From a virus (lineage: Duplodnaviria; Caudoviricetes), in the IMG/VR virus record IMGVR_UViG_3300020450_000008: DNA of 64,000 nucleotides; one strand, 5' to 3'. The notes below the pieces were generated by a model, which saw only the letters and a program-made list of their open reading frames with translations, was not told the DNA's origin and searched no databases. Position numbers and translations under genes: made by a program. Shown here in pieces: positions 1 through 9,278 of this stretch. The stretch's first letter is position 1. Every line of letters begins with the position of its first letter.

Positions 1-52
1 TACTTGTCTCATGATTATAGCTGGCAACGGAAAATTATTAGGGTGGTGGTAA

Positions 53-451
53 ATGTTTAAGACTGGAGCAAACTTATTTACATCAGGTGACTTTATAAGT
101 CATGCTGGTTTACCTTTAAAATGGAAAATAGAATGTGATGCAATCAGACCAGAAGAATGGGATTGTTTAGCACAAATGATAATGGATTATGAAAAATTTC
201 CGTTTAGAGAAGTAAAAGGAATTCCTACTGGTGGACGGTCTTTAGCTTCTGCTTTGGATAAATATAAGAGTCCTGATGCTGATGATTTAGTAATGGTAGT
301 TGACGATGTATGGACTACTGGTACGAGCATGCGGGAATTTGTAAAAGATAACTATCCAGGCTATCTTAGTGCTCAAGTAAAAAAATGGGTTGTATTTGCT
401 AGAAGACCACCTGACGATGGGACAAGAGCTCTATTCACTATGCCTGGTTAA
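53..451 (+). CDS. Type I phosphoribosyltransferase (PyrE/orotate PRTase-like)
   Basis: PRPP-binding loop [13 protein letters not shown]; N-terminal FISHAG and GIPTGG as in PyrE-like enzymes. Confidence 0.75.
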   Translation: MFKTGANLFTSGDFISHAGLPLKWKIECDAIRPEEWDCLAQMIMDYEKFPFREVKGIPTGGRSLASALDKYKSPDADDLVMVVDDVWTTGTSMREFVKDNYPGYLSAQVKKWVVFARRPPDDGTRALFTMPG

Positions 452-465
452 CAAAGGAGAATCCA

Positions 466-1521
466 GTGCGTATAGAAAATGAACAAAAATTAGACTATGG
501 TAATGTTCTTATAAGACCTAAACGATCAACTGCGGGTAGTAGAAAAGAAGTTGAACTTAAAAGAAAATTTTCATTTAAATATTCAAATGTTAATGAAGAG
601 TATGATTATACTGGTATTCCTATTATAGCAAGCAATATGGATGGAGTAGGCACTTTTAAAATGGCAGATGCTTTAGCTAAACTAGGCTTGATGACTTGTT
701 TAGTAAAAACATATTCAGTAACTGATTTAGTTAATTACTATGATAATAGATTAGATGATTTTGAATTAAGAACTAATAACGTTATATATTCTATGGGAAT
801 AAGTAATAATGATTATGAAAAGTTTGAAAAGGTTTATGAACAGACTGGTAATAATATTAAGTATGTTTGTATAGACGTTGCAAATGGATATAGTGAAAGA
901 TTTTTAAACTTTTGTAAGAAATTTAGAGACACATATCCAGACTTAGTACTTATGGCTGGTAATGTAGTAACAGGTGAAATGACAGAGGAGTTAATATTAA
1001 ATGGTACAGATATTGTCAAAGTTGGGATTGGTCCGGGTTCTGTTTGCACGACACGGATTAAAACTGGTGTTGGTTACCCTCAGCTTAGTGCTGTTATTGA
1101 ATGCGCTGATGCTGCACATGGTCTTGGAGGACACATCATTGCTGATGGAGGATGTAATTCGCCAGGAGATGTTGCTAAAGCTTTTGCAGGAGGAGCTGAC
1201 TTCGTAATGCTTGGAGGAATGTTAGCAGGACATGACGAAGGTGGCGGTGTTATCAGCACTATCGAAAAGACTGTTCAATTTTATGGAATGAGTTCTGAAA
1301 CAGCAAATGAAAAACATTTTGGTGGTCTTAATGACTATAGGGCAGCCGAAGGAAAAGTTGTTGAAATTCCGTACAAAGGAAAGGTTACTAATACCGTTCA
1401 AGAAATACTTGGAGGAATCAGATCAGCTTGCACTTACACTGGAGCAATAAAATTAAAACAATTAAGTAAATGTACAACTTTTATTAGATGTCATGATACA
1501 CACAATAGAGTTTACGAATAA
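466..1521 (+). CDS. guaC: GMP reductase
   Basis: [25 protein letters not shown] catalytic Cys loop, IIADGG, DVANGY, FYGMSS; no CBS domains; GTG start after AAGGAG. Confidence 0.92.
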   Translation: MRIENEQKLDYGNVLIRPKRSTAGSRKEVELKRKFSFKYSNVNEEYDYTGIPIIASNMDGVGTFKMADALAKLGLMTCLVKTYSVTDLVNYYDNRLDDFELRTNNVIYSMGISNNDYEKFEKVYEQTGNNIKYVCIDVANGYSERFLNFCKKFRDTYPDLVLMAGNVVTGEMTEELILNGTDIVKVGIGPGSVCTTRIKTGVGYPQLSAVIECADAAHGLGGHIIADGGCNSPGDVAKAFAGGADFVMLGGMLAGHDEGGGVISTIEKTVQFYGMSSETANEKHFGGLNDYRAAEGKVVEIPYKGKVTNTVQEILGGIRSACTYTGAIKLKQLSKCTTFIRCHDTHNRVYE

Positions 1522-1539
1522 CAAAAAATATGGTATAAT
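1511..1539 (+). promoter_or_regulatory. Sigma70-like early promoter
   Basis: TTTACG-N17-TATAAT, matching the recurring TTTAC[AT]-N17-TATAAT motif. Confidence 0.6.
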
Positions 1540-1544
1540 ATATT

Positions 1545-2138
1545 ATGAAACATGCAAGAAATATAATTTATGATTTTGAAACATTATCTCAAGAGCCTAA
1601 TGGTGTAGTTACATGCTGCGCTCTTTTAATTTTTGATGAAAAGAAGTTTGACGTCAATAATGATCCATACACGTTTAAAGAACTTGTCGATTCTGCTAAA
1701 GTAATTAAACTTGATGTAGAGGATCAAGTAAAAAATTATAAGAGAATAATAACACAAGAAACTTTGGATTGGTGGAAATCACAAGGATCTGAAGCTCAGA
1801 AATGGATAACACCTTCTGACGAAGATCAAAAGATCTCTAAATTGTACGATTGGTTTTGGGAAAATAATCCTACAGATATAAAAAGCTTTTACACCAGAGG
1901 AAATACGTTTGATCCTATATTTCTTCAATCACTAATGGAAGCTACAGACAGACCAATGCCATATAATTGGTGGCAAATAAGAGATACTCGATCTTACATA
2001 GAAGGTTTAGCTTGGGGATCAGAATTAATACATGATTATATACCTCCAGGTTGCGAAGGATTTACAAAACATGATCCAAAACATGATATAGCGTTAGACG
2101 TAATGAGAATGCAAACAATAGCAAGAGCAATAGTATGA
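1545..2138 (+). CDS. dexA: DexA-like 3'-5' exonuclease (DnaQ fold)
   Basis: IIYDFETL, RGNTFDPIFL, RDTRSYI, HDPKHDIALD motifs. Confidence 0.75.
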   Translation: MKHARNIIYDFETLSQEPNGVVTCCALLIFDEKKFDVNNDPYTFKELVDSAKVIKLDVEDQVKNYKRIITQETLDWWKSQGSEAQKWITPSDEDQKISKLYDWFWENNPTDIKSFYTRGNTFDPIFLQSLMEATDRPMPYNWWQIRDTRSYIEGLAWGSELIHDYIPPGCEGFTKHDPKHDIALDVMRMQTIARAIV

Positions 2139-2887
2139 AACTAACTTTGATAGGCTATGGCTTTGTTGGAAAAGCAATGCATCATGTTTTAAACAAGTGG
2201 CATGATATTAAAATTGTAGATCCAGAATATACAATTCAAGAAATAGAAAATGATTCAGATGGATATATTGTTTGTGTACCAACACCAAGTTCGCATGATG
2301 GTTCATGTGACTTTTCAATAGTTGAAGATGTAGTAAAACAATGTCCAAAAGATAAACCAATTTTAATAAAGAGCACTATTAGTTTGGAAGGATGGAGAAA
2401 CTTACATCAGTATGAAAAGAGTTTAAATTTTAGTCCAGAATTTTTAACAGCAGCAAATTCTATATTAGATGCCGAAAGTAAAGAGCATATGTTATTAGGT
2501 GGTCCAGATGCTGATTTTTGGAGCGACGTATTTTTAATGTATAAAAAAGTCTTAGCTCCAATTGAAGAGTTGATATTAACTAAGTATATAATAAATTGTT
2601 TTCTTGCGTCAAAGGTTTCTTTCTTTAACGATATATATAAATTATGCAAAAACACCAATATTGATTATGATAAAGTATGTGAACTTGTACAGACTGATGA
2701 TAGGATAGGATCAAGTCATATGCAAGTACCAGGACCAGACGGTCAAATGGGATTTGGTGGTATGTGCTTTCCTAAAGATACAAAAGCATTAATTCATACT
2801 GGAATGCATTTTAGAAGTCCATTGACTTTGTTAAATGAAGTGGTGGCTTTAAACAATTTAGTAAGAGAAGACGATGAATCACTTTGA
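2135..2887 (+). CDS. UDP-glucose/GDP-mannose dehydrogenase family, short form without C-terminal domain
   Basis: IGYGFVG Rossmann motif, VCVPTP, IKST, SPEFL, GFGGMCFPKD catalytic Cys motif. Confidence 0.85.
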   Translation: MKLTLIGYGFVGKAMHHVLNKWHDIKIVDPEYTIQEIENDSDGYIVCVPTPSSHDGSCDFSIVEDVVKQCPKDKPILIKSTISLEGWRNLHQYEKSLNFSPEFLTAANSILDAESKEHMLLGGPDADFWSDVFLMYKKVLAPIEELILTKYIINCFLASKVSFFNDIYKLCKNTNIDYDKVCELVQTDDRIGSSHMQVPGPDGQMGFGGMCFPKDTKALIHTGMHFRSPLTLLNEVVALNNLVREDDESL

Positions 2888-3254
2888 TTATTTAAAAAGT
2901 ATAACTGATTCCAAAGAAGACATCATGGTTGATGATCTTGCAGAAAAAGATTATAATGCATTTATGGTTAACAGAGGGCTATCATATTATAATGATACTG
3001 TCATATATGCAAATGAAATGAATAAGAATTCTCATATAGATTCCAGATTACAATTTGATTTCTTAAAACAAATAATAAGAAAAAGAAAAAGATTCTCTAA
3101 ATGGAATAAAGCAGATAAATTAGCTGATATAGAAGTTATTAAAGAATATTACGGTTATTCGAGAGATAAAGCTTATCAAGTTCTTCCTTTATTATCTAAA
3201 GATAAAATTGATCATCTTCGAAAGAAGATCAGTAAAGGTGGTAGAAATCCGTAG
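2874..3254 (+). CDS. gp62: Clamp loader small subunit
   Basis: YNAFMVNRGLSY, ANEMN, KRKRFSKW, IKEYYGYS; directly upstream of regA. Confidence 0.9.
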   Translation: MNHFDYLKSITDSKEDIMVDDLAEKDYNAFMVNRGLSYYNDTVIYANEMNKNSHIDSRLQFDFLKQIIRKRKRFSKWNKADKLADIEVIKEYYGYSRDKAYQVLPLLSKDKIDHLRKKISKGGRNP

Positions 3255-3257
3255 ATT

Positions 3258-3265
3258 TATAAATA
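3258..3265 (+). promoter_or_regulatory. T4-type late promoter TATAAATA
   Basis: Exact consensus in the intergenic gap before regA. Confidence 0.6.
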
Positions 3266-3293
3266 GATCTACGAACAATATAATAAAATAACC

Positions 3294-3719
3294 GTGAGTT
3301 TTAAAATGGAAGAACAACAGACTCTTATTGAGTGGAAGCCGGAAGAAATGTTAGAAGTTTCCCTCAATGAACCTGACGATTTTTTAAAGGTCAGAGAAAC
3401 ACTTACCAGAATCGGTGTAGCATCAAGAAAAGACAAAAAGCTTTATCAATCTTGCCATATACTACATAAGCAAGGTCGATATTTTATCGTGCATTTTAAA
3501 GAACTTTTTTTATTAGATGGAAAAAAATCTAATTTAGAAGAATCAGATATAGCTAGAAGAAATACAATAGCAACTCTTATGAGTGATTGGGGCTTAGTAA
3601 CAGTAGATAATTTAGATAATCTCGCACCACTAGCGCCCTTAAGACAAATTAAAATTATATCATTTAGAGATAAAAACGCATGGGAACTTTGTCCGAAGTA
3701 CAACATCGGGAAAAAGTAA
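3294..3719 (+). CDS. regA: Translational repressor RegA
   Basis: PDDFLKVRETLTRIG, LYQSCHILHKQGRYFIVHFKELF, WELCPKYNIG. Confidence 0.95.
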   Translation: MSFKMEEQQTLIEWKPEEMLEVSLNEPDDFLKVRETLTRIGVASRKDKKLYQSCHILHKQGRYFIVHFKELFLLDGKKSNLEESDIARRNTIATLMSDWGLVTVDNLDNLAPLAPLRQIKIISFRDKNAWELCPKYNIGKK

Positions 3720-4585
3720 GATTTTACATTTGGACAGATAATAGGTTAACGTATGACTATTATCTGTTCGATGAAAAATTTACTAATTGCTTTACATCAG
3801 TTGAAACAATATTCAGAGATGTTAACGTAGATTATTTTTCAAAATTCAATCCTTCTGAATATAACTTAATAGTACTTCCTGTGTGGGATATGGATTCATA
3901 TTATCATTTGATATACAATATGTCAGATAATTTAAGATCTTTCGCGGTATCAAAAAATATACCAATAGTACTAGCGGCAGGTGATTCAAATATTTTAGAG
4001 GGTAAAGAATTTGATAAACTAAAAACTTGCGGCATACCTTCAAAAAGTTTAAAAATACTAGTAAATGAATCTGAAATAAAAAATGATTACATAATATCAA
4101 TAAATGCTTTTCCTGCAAAGCTTTATAATTTTTTTGGATGGAAACTTCATTATGATTATTTTGAAGCGTTTAATGTACTACAGCCATTAGATAAAGACTA
4201 TTATGTTTCAAAAGATGATACGGTGTCTCAATGGTTTGAAACATGGCAGATTAGAAGTTCTGCAATATCAGTTTTAGATAAAAAAGTTGAGTATTGGAAA
4301 GCTTTAATGTTAGGTGCTCCTTTTATATGGAATTCAGATAAAAAATTAAAAACTTACTTTGAATCATTTGGTTTTAAAATGTATCCATGGATTGATTACT
4401 CGTTTGATGGAGATCCAAAGAAAGTAAAAAAAGAATTAAAAAGACTTTTAAATATCGATAATATTAGACTATTTGTTAAAAAAAATTCTTATTATATTAA
4501 TTTACATAATAAAAGATTATTTCATAAGATAGCATTAAAAGATGATAACTATTCATTTTTTGCAAAACAGGTATTTACTTTTTGA
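3680..4585 (+). CDS. Hypothetical protein, weakly glycosyltransferase-like C-terminus; start uncertain
   Basis: Long ORF; WKALMLGAPF...FGFKMYPWIDYSFD resembles a common phage accessory family. Confidence 0.4.
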   Translation: MGTLSEVQHREKVRFYIWTDNRLTYDYYLFDEKFTNCFTSVETIFRDVNVDYFSKFNPSEYNLIVLPVWDMDSYYHLIYNMSDNLRSFAVSKNIPIVLAAGDSNILEGKEFDKLKTCGIPSKSLKILVNESEIKNDYIISINAFPAKLYNFFGWKLHYDYFEAFNVLQPLDKDYYVSKDDTVSQWFETWQIRSSAISVLDKKVEYWKALMLGAPFIWNSDKKLKTYFESFGFKMYPWIDYSFDGDPKKVKKELKRLLNIDNIRLFVKKNSYYINLHNKRLFHKIALKDDNYSFFAKQVFTF

Positions 4586-4602
4586 ATAAATTATGGTATA
4601 AT
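4574..4602 (+). promoter_or_regulatory. Early promoter of hsp20
   Basis: TTTACT-N17-TATAAT. Confidence 0.75.
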
Positions 4603-4620
4603 AATATTATATATAGTTAT

Positions 4621-4677
4621 AGGCGCTGAATAATCAGGCCTTAAATTTTAACCTTGCTAAATTAGGAGGCAACAATG
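4621..4677 (+). promoter_or_regulatory. ROSE-like RNA thermometer in hsp20 5' UTR
   Basis: CCTTGCT (4652-4658) pairs with the SD AGGAGG (4664-4669) with a bulged G; upstream hairpin AGGC-G-CTGA-ATAA-TCAG-GCCT. Confidence 0.6.
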
Positions 4678-5133
4678 ACTGGTACTTTTATGTTCCCTAG
4701 GAACGCTTTTTTAGGTTTCGACCATCTTTTTGACGAACTCGAAAAAATCACAAATCACGCAAATGACTCATACCCACCTCACAATGTAATTAAACATGGT
4801 GATCACAAGTATGATATAGAATTAGCGATTGCTGGATTCTCTAAGGACGATATTAATATCGAACTAAAAGAACACGTATTAACGATTAAAGGTGATAGTG
4901 GTAAAGAGAAAGATAAAAAATATGTCCACAAAGGCATATCAGGTCGAAAGTTCTATAAATCGTTCAGGTTATCAGAGTACGCAGAAGTCAGTGGTGCAGA
5001 TCTAACGGATGGAATCTTAACTGTCAGTATCGAAGTTATTCTACCGAAAGAGAAGCGACCCCAACTTATTGAAATAGGAACGGGGAGAAAAACCAATGGC
5101 AGTAGTGCTCAATTACTTAATGAAGATCTTTAA
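4675..5133 (+). CDS. hsp20: Small heat shock protein (IbpA-like)
   Basis: YPPHNVIK, IELAIAGF, HKGISGRKF, ADLTDGILTV. Confidence 0.93.
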   Translation: MTGTFMFPRNAFLGFDHLFDELEKITNHANDSYPPHNVIKHGDHKYDIELAIAGFSKDDINIELKEHVLTIKGDSGKEKDKKYVHKGISGRKFYKSFRLSEYAEVSGADLTDGILTVSIEVILPKEKRPQLIEIGTGRKTNGSSAQLLNEDL

Positions 5134-5257
5134 TTCAACTAAACTAAATGCTCAGGAGAGATTTCTTTCACTATCGAAAGATACTGCTGATCTTGAAAGA
5201 AGAACTAAAGAACTTATACATTCAACTAAAATACCTACATACAGGTATTGGATTTAA
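5096..5257 (+). CDS. Small 53-aa protein, DUF3563-like (absent from ORF track)
   Basis: Translated by hand: MAVVLNYLMKIFNSTKLNAQERFLSLSKDTADLERRTKELIHSTKIPTYRYWI; the SKDxADLERR motif; overlaps hsp20 end and ends just before the terminator. Confidence 0.55.
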   Translation: MAVVLNYLMKIFNSTKLNAQERFLSLSKDTADLERRTKELIHSTKIPTYRYWI

Positions 5258-5262
5258 TCTAG

Positions 5263-5292
5263 GGAGCGGGCTTCGGCCCGCTCTAAACTTTT
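5263..5292 (+). terminator. Intrinsic terminator with CUUCGG tetraloop
   Basis: GAGCGGG-C-TTCG-G-CCCGCTC followed shortly by a T run. Confidence 0.8.
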
Positions 5293-5308
5293 AAAAGAGG
5301 ATAGAACA

Positions 5309-5584
5309 ATGTCAGCTATAGCAACAGCTTTTTTAGAAAGAACCTGTCATATATGCGATGCCGTAAATCTTTTTGTATATAAGTTATACATAAAAGCAAA
5401 GTGGAGTAAAGAACTTCGTAGAAACTATAATGCGTTTGAAAACCTACTTAGTAAATACGATAGTGAAGCAGGTTATCATTTAACAAGAATGAACGAAGCA
5501 ACTAACGAAAAATATCAAAACAAATTAAATGCAACTAAACTAAAACCTTTTAAGTGGGGTTGGGAAGATAATGGAGATGACTAA
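5309..5584 (+). CDS. Hypothetical protein
   Basis: ORF with GAGGA SD. Confidence 0.55.
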   Translation: MSAIATAFLERTCHICDAVNLFVYKLYIKAKWSKELRRNYNAFENLLSKYDSEAGYHLTRMNEATNEKYQNKLNATKLKPFKWGWEDNGDD

Positions 5585-6020
5585 TATGAAAAACTTTTAT
5601 TTAATTCTGATAACAATGTGTTTTATGGGTGGTATGTTTTTATCTGCGAATGCTGCAGATATGTCAATAGATATGCTGAACAAACAAGGTAAAGAAAAAA
5701 TGTTATACAGTGTTAACGTAGCTGAAGTTGACGTTGGAGACACTATTACCTGGCAGCCAAAAGATAAAGGACATAACGTACAGTTTATCGCTGGTCCTGA
5801 TGGATGGAAACTTCCAAAGAAGTCTAAGATGAATGCTGTAGTTGAAATTACTTTTGATACTCCAGGTATGTATCTTTATCAGTGTACACCACACGCAACA
5901 ATGGGCATGATCGGCGTTGTAATAGTTGGTGGTGACGTATCTAATAAAGATGCTATTGCTAAAGTTAAAATTAGAGGCAAAAGTAAAAAGAAACTGAAGA
6001 AAATACTGAAAGATATTTAA
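5571..6020 (+). CDS. Pseudoazurin-like type 1 blue copper protein with signal peptide (likely start 5586)
   Basis: GHNV first His ligand and YQCTPHATMGM (C-x2-H-x4-M); hydrophobic leader ending ANA-A. Confidence 0.88.
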   Translation: MEMTNMKNFYLILITMCFMGGMFLSANAADMSIDMLNKQGKEKMLYSVNVAEVDVGDTITWQPKDKGHNVQFIAGPDGWKLPKKSKMNAVVEITFDTPGMYLYQCTPHATMGMIGVVIVGGDVSNKDAIAKVKIRGKSKKKLKKILKDI

Positions 6021-6035
6021 ACTATAAATTATATT

Positions 6036-6458
6036 ATGAAAATGAAAATACCCGAATTTTGTTTATCACAGTGGCTATTAAGACTACCCTTAGCCATTGT
6101 GTTCATTCAACAAGGACTTGACAAGATTCCTGTTGATATTGAAACCGCAGAATCATTTGAACTATCCTACTTAGTATGGTGGTTTGTAGCTTATGGAGAA
6201 CTGTTAGCTGGAATCGGATTACTAGTAGGAGGTTTGATGACCAAACCCTACCTTCCAATATTAAATAGATGTTATATACCTGACATTGGCGATATGTTAA
6301 CACGATTTAGTGGTATCACGATGTGTTGTATAATGACTGGTGTCATATGGATTGGCGAGCCAGCAAGCTTTATGGACGTTCTTCTCTATGATAACCTACA
6401 TGTCTTTTTATGGGTAGGTGGAACATTTTTTGCTCTACGTGGTAACAGAGCAAAGTAA
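6036..6458 (+). CDS. DoxX-family membrane protein
   Basis: LLRLPLAIVFIQQGLDK, VAYGELLAGIGLLVG; four hydrophobic segments. Confidence 0.75.
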   Translation: MKMKIPEFCLSQWLLRLPLAIVFIQQGLDKIPVDIETAESFELSYLVWWFVAYGELLAGIGLLVGGLMTKPYLPILNRCYIPDIGDMLTRFSGITMCCIMTGVIWIGEPASFMDVLLYDNLHVFLWVGGTFFALRGNRAK

Positions 6459-6476
6459 CACACACAGGAGGACAAT

Positions 6477-6710
6477 ATGTCTAAAAACCCGTACGAGATA
6501 CGTCTCGAAACACTTCGCATGGCGAAAGAAATGCTTGATAGATCATTTGAAATGAAATACGATTTCATGCGTGAAATGATTGAGCAAGCCAAAGAAACTA
6601 ATCAACCTATTAAAGATGCATACGACAAGTATGTACCTGATATGTTTAAACCAGAAGAGGTTGTCAAAAAAGCTGATGAACTCTATAACTATGTGTCAGC
6701 CAAAAAATAG
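6477..6710 (+). CDS. Conserved hypothetical phage protein
   Basis: NPYEIRLETLRMAKEML...EVVKKADELYNYV; AGGAGG SD. Confidence 0.65.
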   Translation: MSKNPYEIRLETLRMAKEMLDRSFEMKYDFMREMIEQAKETNQPIKDAYDKYVPDMFKPEEVVKKADELYNYVSAKK

Positions 6711-6711
6711 G

Positions 6712-6740
6712 TTTACAATTCAACTAAATTATGATATAAT
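6712..6740 (+). promoter_or_regulatory. Early promoter of DNA polymerase
   Basis: TTTACA-N17-TATAAT. Confidence 0.75.
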
Positions 6741-6746
6741 TACAGT

Positions 6747-9278
6747 ATGAAATCTTTTTATACTTCCGTAAATCGCTATGGCAATTCTATACTTTATCGT
6801 GGTTACAACGAAAATGGAGCTGCCATAGCTCAAAGATATAAATTTTCACCTACACTCTATACACCATCAAAGAAACCTACCAAGTTTAAAGGCTTTGATA
6901 GTGGATATGTTGCACCATTAAGTTTTCCAACTATGAGGGATGCTAAAGAATGGCTGGAACAATATCAAGAGATGGAAGGTGTAAATATATTTGGCACAAA
7001 AAATTATATACATCAGTTTATTACAGAAAAATTTCCTGATAAAATAGACTTTGAGCCAAATGCTATCAATGTTGTTAACTTCGATATAGAAGTTGCATCT
7101 GATTCTGGATTTCCAGTTCCGGAACAAGCGGCATATCCAATCACAGCAATCACAGTTAAATCAAGTCAATCTTCAGTATATCAAGTCTGGGGTTGTGGCG
7201 AATACAGCTCAGAAAAATGTGAAATAGAACTATATGGAAATCTGATTCAATATCACAAGTGTAAGAATGAAACAGAATTACTTGCTAAGTTTCTTGGTTA
7301 TTGGATAAAAAATTATCCTGATGTTATAACAGGTTGGAATACTCGATTCTTTGATATTCCATACATTGTAAATCGTATAAAAAATGTTGGTGGTGAAGCA
7401 GCTGCTAATAGATTATCTCCTTGGAAATTAGTAAGTGAAAGAAACCTAATGATTGGCGGCCGTATGAATTATGGCTATGACATAACTGGCATTCAACAAG
7501 CAGACTATTTAGAATTATTTAGAAAGTTTGGATATTCATATGGTCCACAAGAATCATATCGTCTTGATCATATCGGTCATGTTGTACTTGGTGAACGCAA
7601 ACTTTCTTTTGAAGAACATGGTAGCTTATTAAATCTGTATAAAAATGATCATCAAAAATTTATTGATTATAATATTAAAGATGTTCAATTAGTAGATCGA
7701 ATCGATCAGAAGATGGGACTTATTAATCTAGTATTTACTATGGCTTATAGAGCTGGTGTTAATGTTACAGATACATTTGGCACTACAGCAATATGGGAAT
7801 CAATCATTTATCGTAGATTACAGAAAAATAATATCATAAGCCCTATTGATCAAATTAAAAAAGTCATTTATCAAAATAAATCAAATGCAAATGTTATTGA
7901 AGGTGGCTATGTTAAGGAACCTCAAGTTGGTGCACATGACTGGGTGGTATCATTTGATCTAAACTCTCTATATCCAAACATAATAGTTCAGTCTAATATA
8001 TCACCCGAAACTTTAATTAAAGATAAATCATTCGGTCATTACGAACAAGATGTCCAACACTATCTTAACAGTAAAGATAAAACGTCAAAAGAATATTCTA
8101 TATGTGCAAGTGGTGTTCCTTTCTCTCATGAAAAACAAGGTATCATACCAGAGTTAATTGTTGAATATTATGCAGAACGTACACAAATTAAAAAGAAAAT
8201 GTTAGAAGCTAAATCTGCATATGAAAAAGAAAAGTCTCGCCAACTTGAAGCAGAAATTAATCAACTTGAAAATAATCAAATGGCCATCAAGATCTTATTG
8301 AACTCTCTTTATGGCGCATTGGCCAATAAGTACTTTAAGTATTTTGATAATGCTCTTGCCGAAAGTGTTACACTTACTGGTCAGCTTTCGATTAAATGGG
8401 CAGAAAAAGCTATCAATCAAGAGATGAATAAAGTTCTTAAGACTGGTAATAAAGACTATGTTATAGCAATCGATACCGATTCTTTATACATTAACTTTGG
8501 TCCACTTGTGCAAAAGCTAAATCCAAAAGATCCAGTTGCGGCTATTGATAAACTATGCCAAACACATTTTGAAAAGAAACTTGCTGAGGCTTATGATAAA
8601 CTATTTAATAACTTAAATGGTTATACACCTAGAATGGAAATGGGTAGGGAGGTTATTGCTGATCGTGGAATCTGGACAGCTAAGAAAAGATATATTCTTA
8701 ACGTACATAACTCAGAAGGCGTACAATATGCTGAACCTAAACTTAAGATTATGGGTATTGAAGCTATCAAATCTTCTACACCAGAAGTTGTTCGTAATAA
8801 ATTTAAAGAGGCATTCAAGATTATAGTGTCAGGTGATGAGTTAAAAACTCGTCAGTTTATTAATGATTTTAAAGAAGAGTTTAAACTACTTTCTCCAGAG
8901 ATGGTATCATTTCCAAGAAGTGTACAAAATGTCGGTAAGTGGAAAGATAGAATACACATTTATTCTAAAGGTACTCCAATTCATGTTCGTGGCGCGCTTT
9001 TATATAATCATCATGTATCAGATCTTTTCCTCGATAAAAAATATTCTCAAATCAGCTCAGGCGATAAGATAAAATTTTCTTATCTCAGATTACCAAATCC
9101 TATCAAAGAAAATGTTATATCGTTTCCTGACTTCTTACCACAAGAATTCAAGCTTCATAAATATATCGATTATGATACTCAATTTGATAAAACATTTATC
9201 GAGCCACTCAATCCAATACTTGAAGCGGTTGGGTGGTCAGTAAAAGAACAAGCAACCTTAGAGGAGTTTTTTGGATGA
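6747..9278 (+). CDS. gp43: Family B DNA polymerase, uninterrupted
   Basis: Exo I FDIEV, SFDLNSLYP, KILLNSLYGA, IDTDS; C-terminal clamp-binding-like TLEEFFG. Confidence 0.97.
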   Translation: MKSFYTSVNRYGNSILYRGYNENGAAIAQRYKFSPTLYTPSKKPTKFKGFDSGYVAPLSFPTMRDAKEWLEQYQEMEGVNIFGTKNYIHQFITEKFPDKIDFEPNAINVVNFDIEVASDSGFPVPEQAAYPITAITVKSSQSSVYQVWGCGEYSSEKCEIELYGNLIQYHKCKNETELLAKFLGYWIKNYPDVITGWNTRFFDIPYIVNRIKNVGGEAAANRLSPWKLVSERNLMIGGRMNYGYDITGIQQADYLELFRKFGYSYGPQESYRLDHIGHVVLGERKLSFEEHGSLLNLYKNDHQKFIDYNIKDVQLVDRIDQKMGLINLVFTMAYRAGVNVTDTFGTTAIWESIIYRRLQKNNIISPIDQIKKVIYQNKSNANVIEGGYVKEPQVGAHDWVVSFDLNSLYPNIIVQSNISPETLIKDKSFGHYEQDVQHYLNSKDKTSKEYSICASGVPFSHEKQGIIPELIVEYYAERTQIKKKMLEAKSAYEKEKSRQLEAEINQLENNQMAIKILLNSLYGALANKYFKYFDNALAESVTLTGQLSIKWAEKAINQEMNKVLKTGNKDYVIAIDTDSLYINFGPLVQKLNPKDPVAAIDKLCQTHFEKKLAEAYDKLFNNLNGYTPRMEMGREVIADRGIWTAKKRYILNVHNSEGVQYAEPKLKIMGIEAIKSSTPEVVRNKFKEAFKIIVSGDELKTRQFINDFKEEFKLLSPEMVSFPRSVQNVGKWKDRIHIYSKGTPIHVRGALLYNHHVSDLFLDKKYSQISSGDKIKFSYLRLPNPIKENVISFPDFLPQEFKLHKYIDYDTQFDKTFIEPLNPILEAVGWSVKEQATLEEFFG

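Noticed and set aside
53-1521. PRTase plus GMP reductase as a sign of a 2-aminoadenine or 7-deazaguanine DNA pathway
   Set aside because: No purZ, folE, queD, queC, queE or dpdA homologue is recognisable in the window; purine salvage explains them.
3723-3752. TTTACA resembling the early -35 box
   Set aside because: No -10 element at 17-bp spacing (TTAACG).
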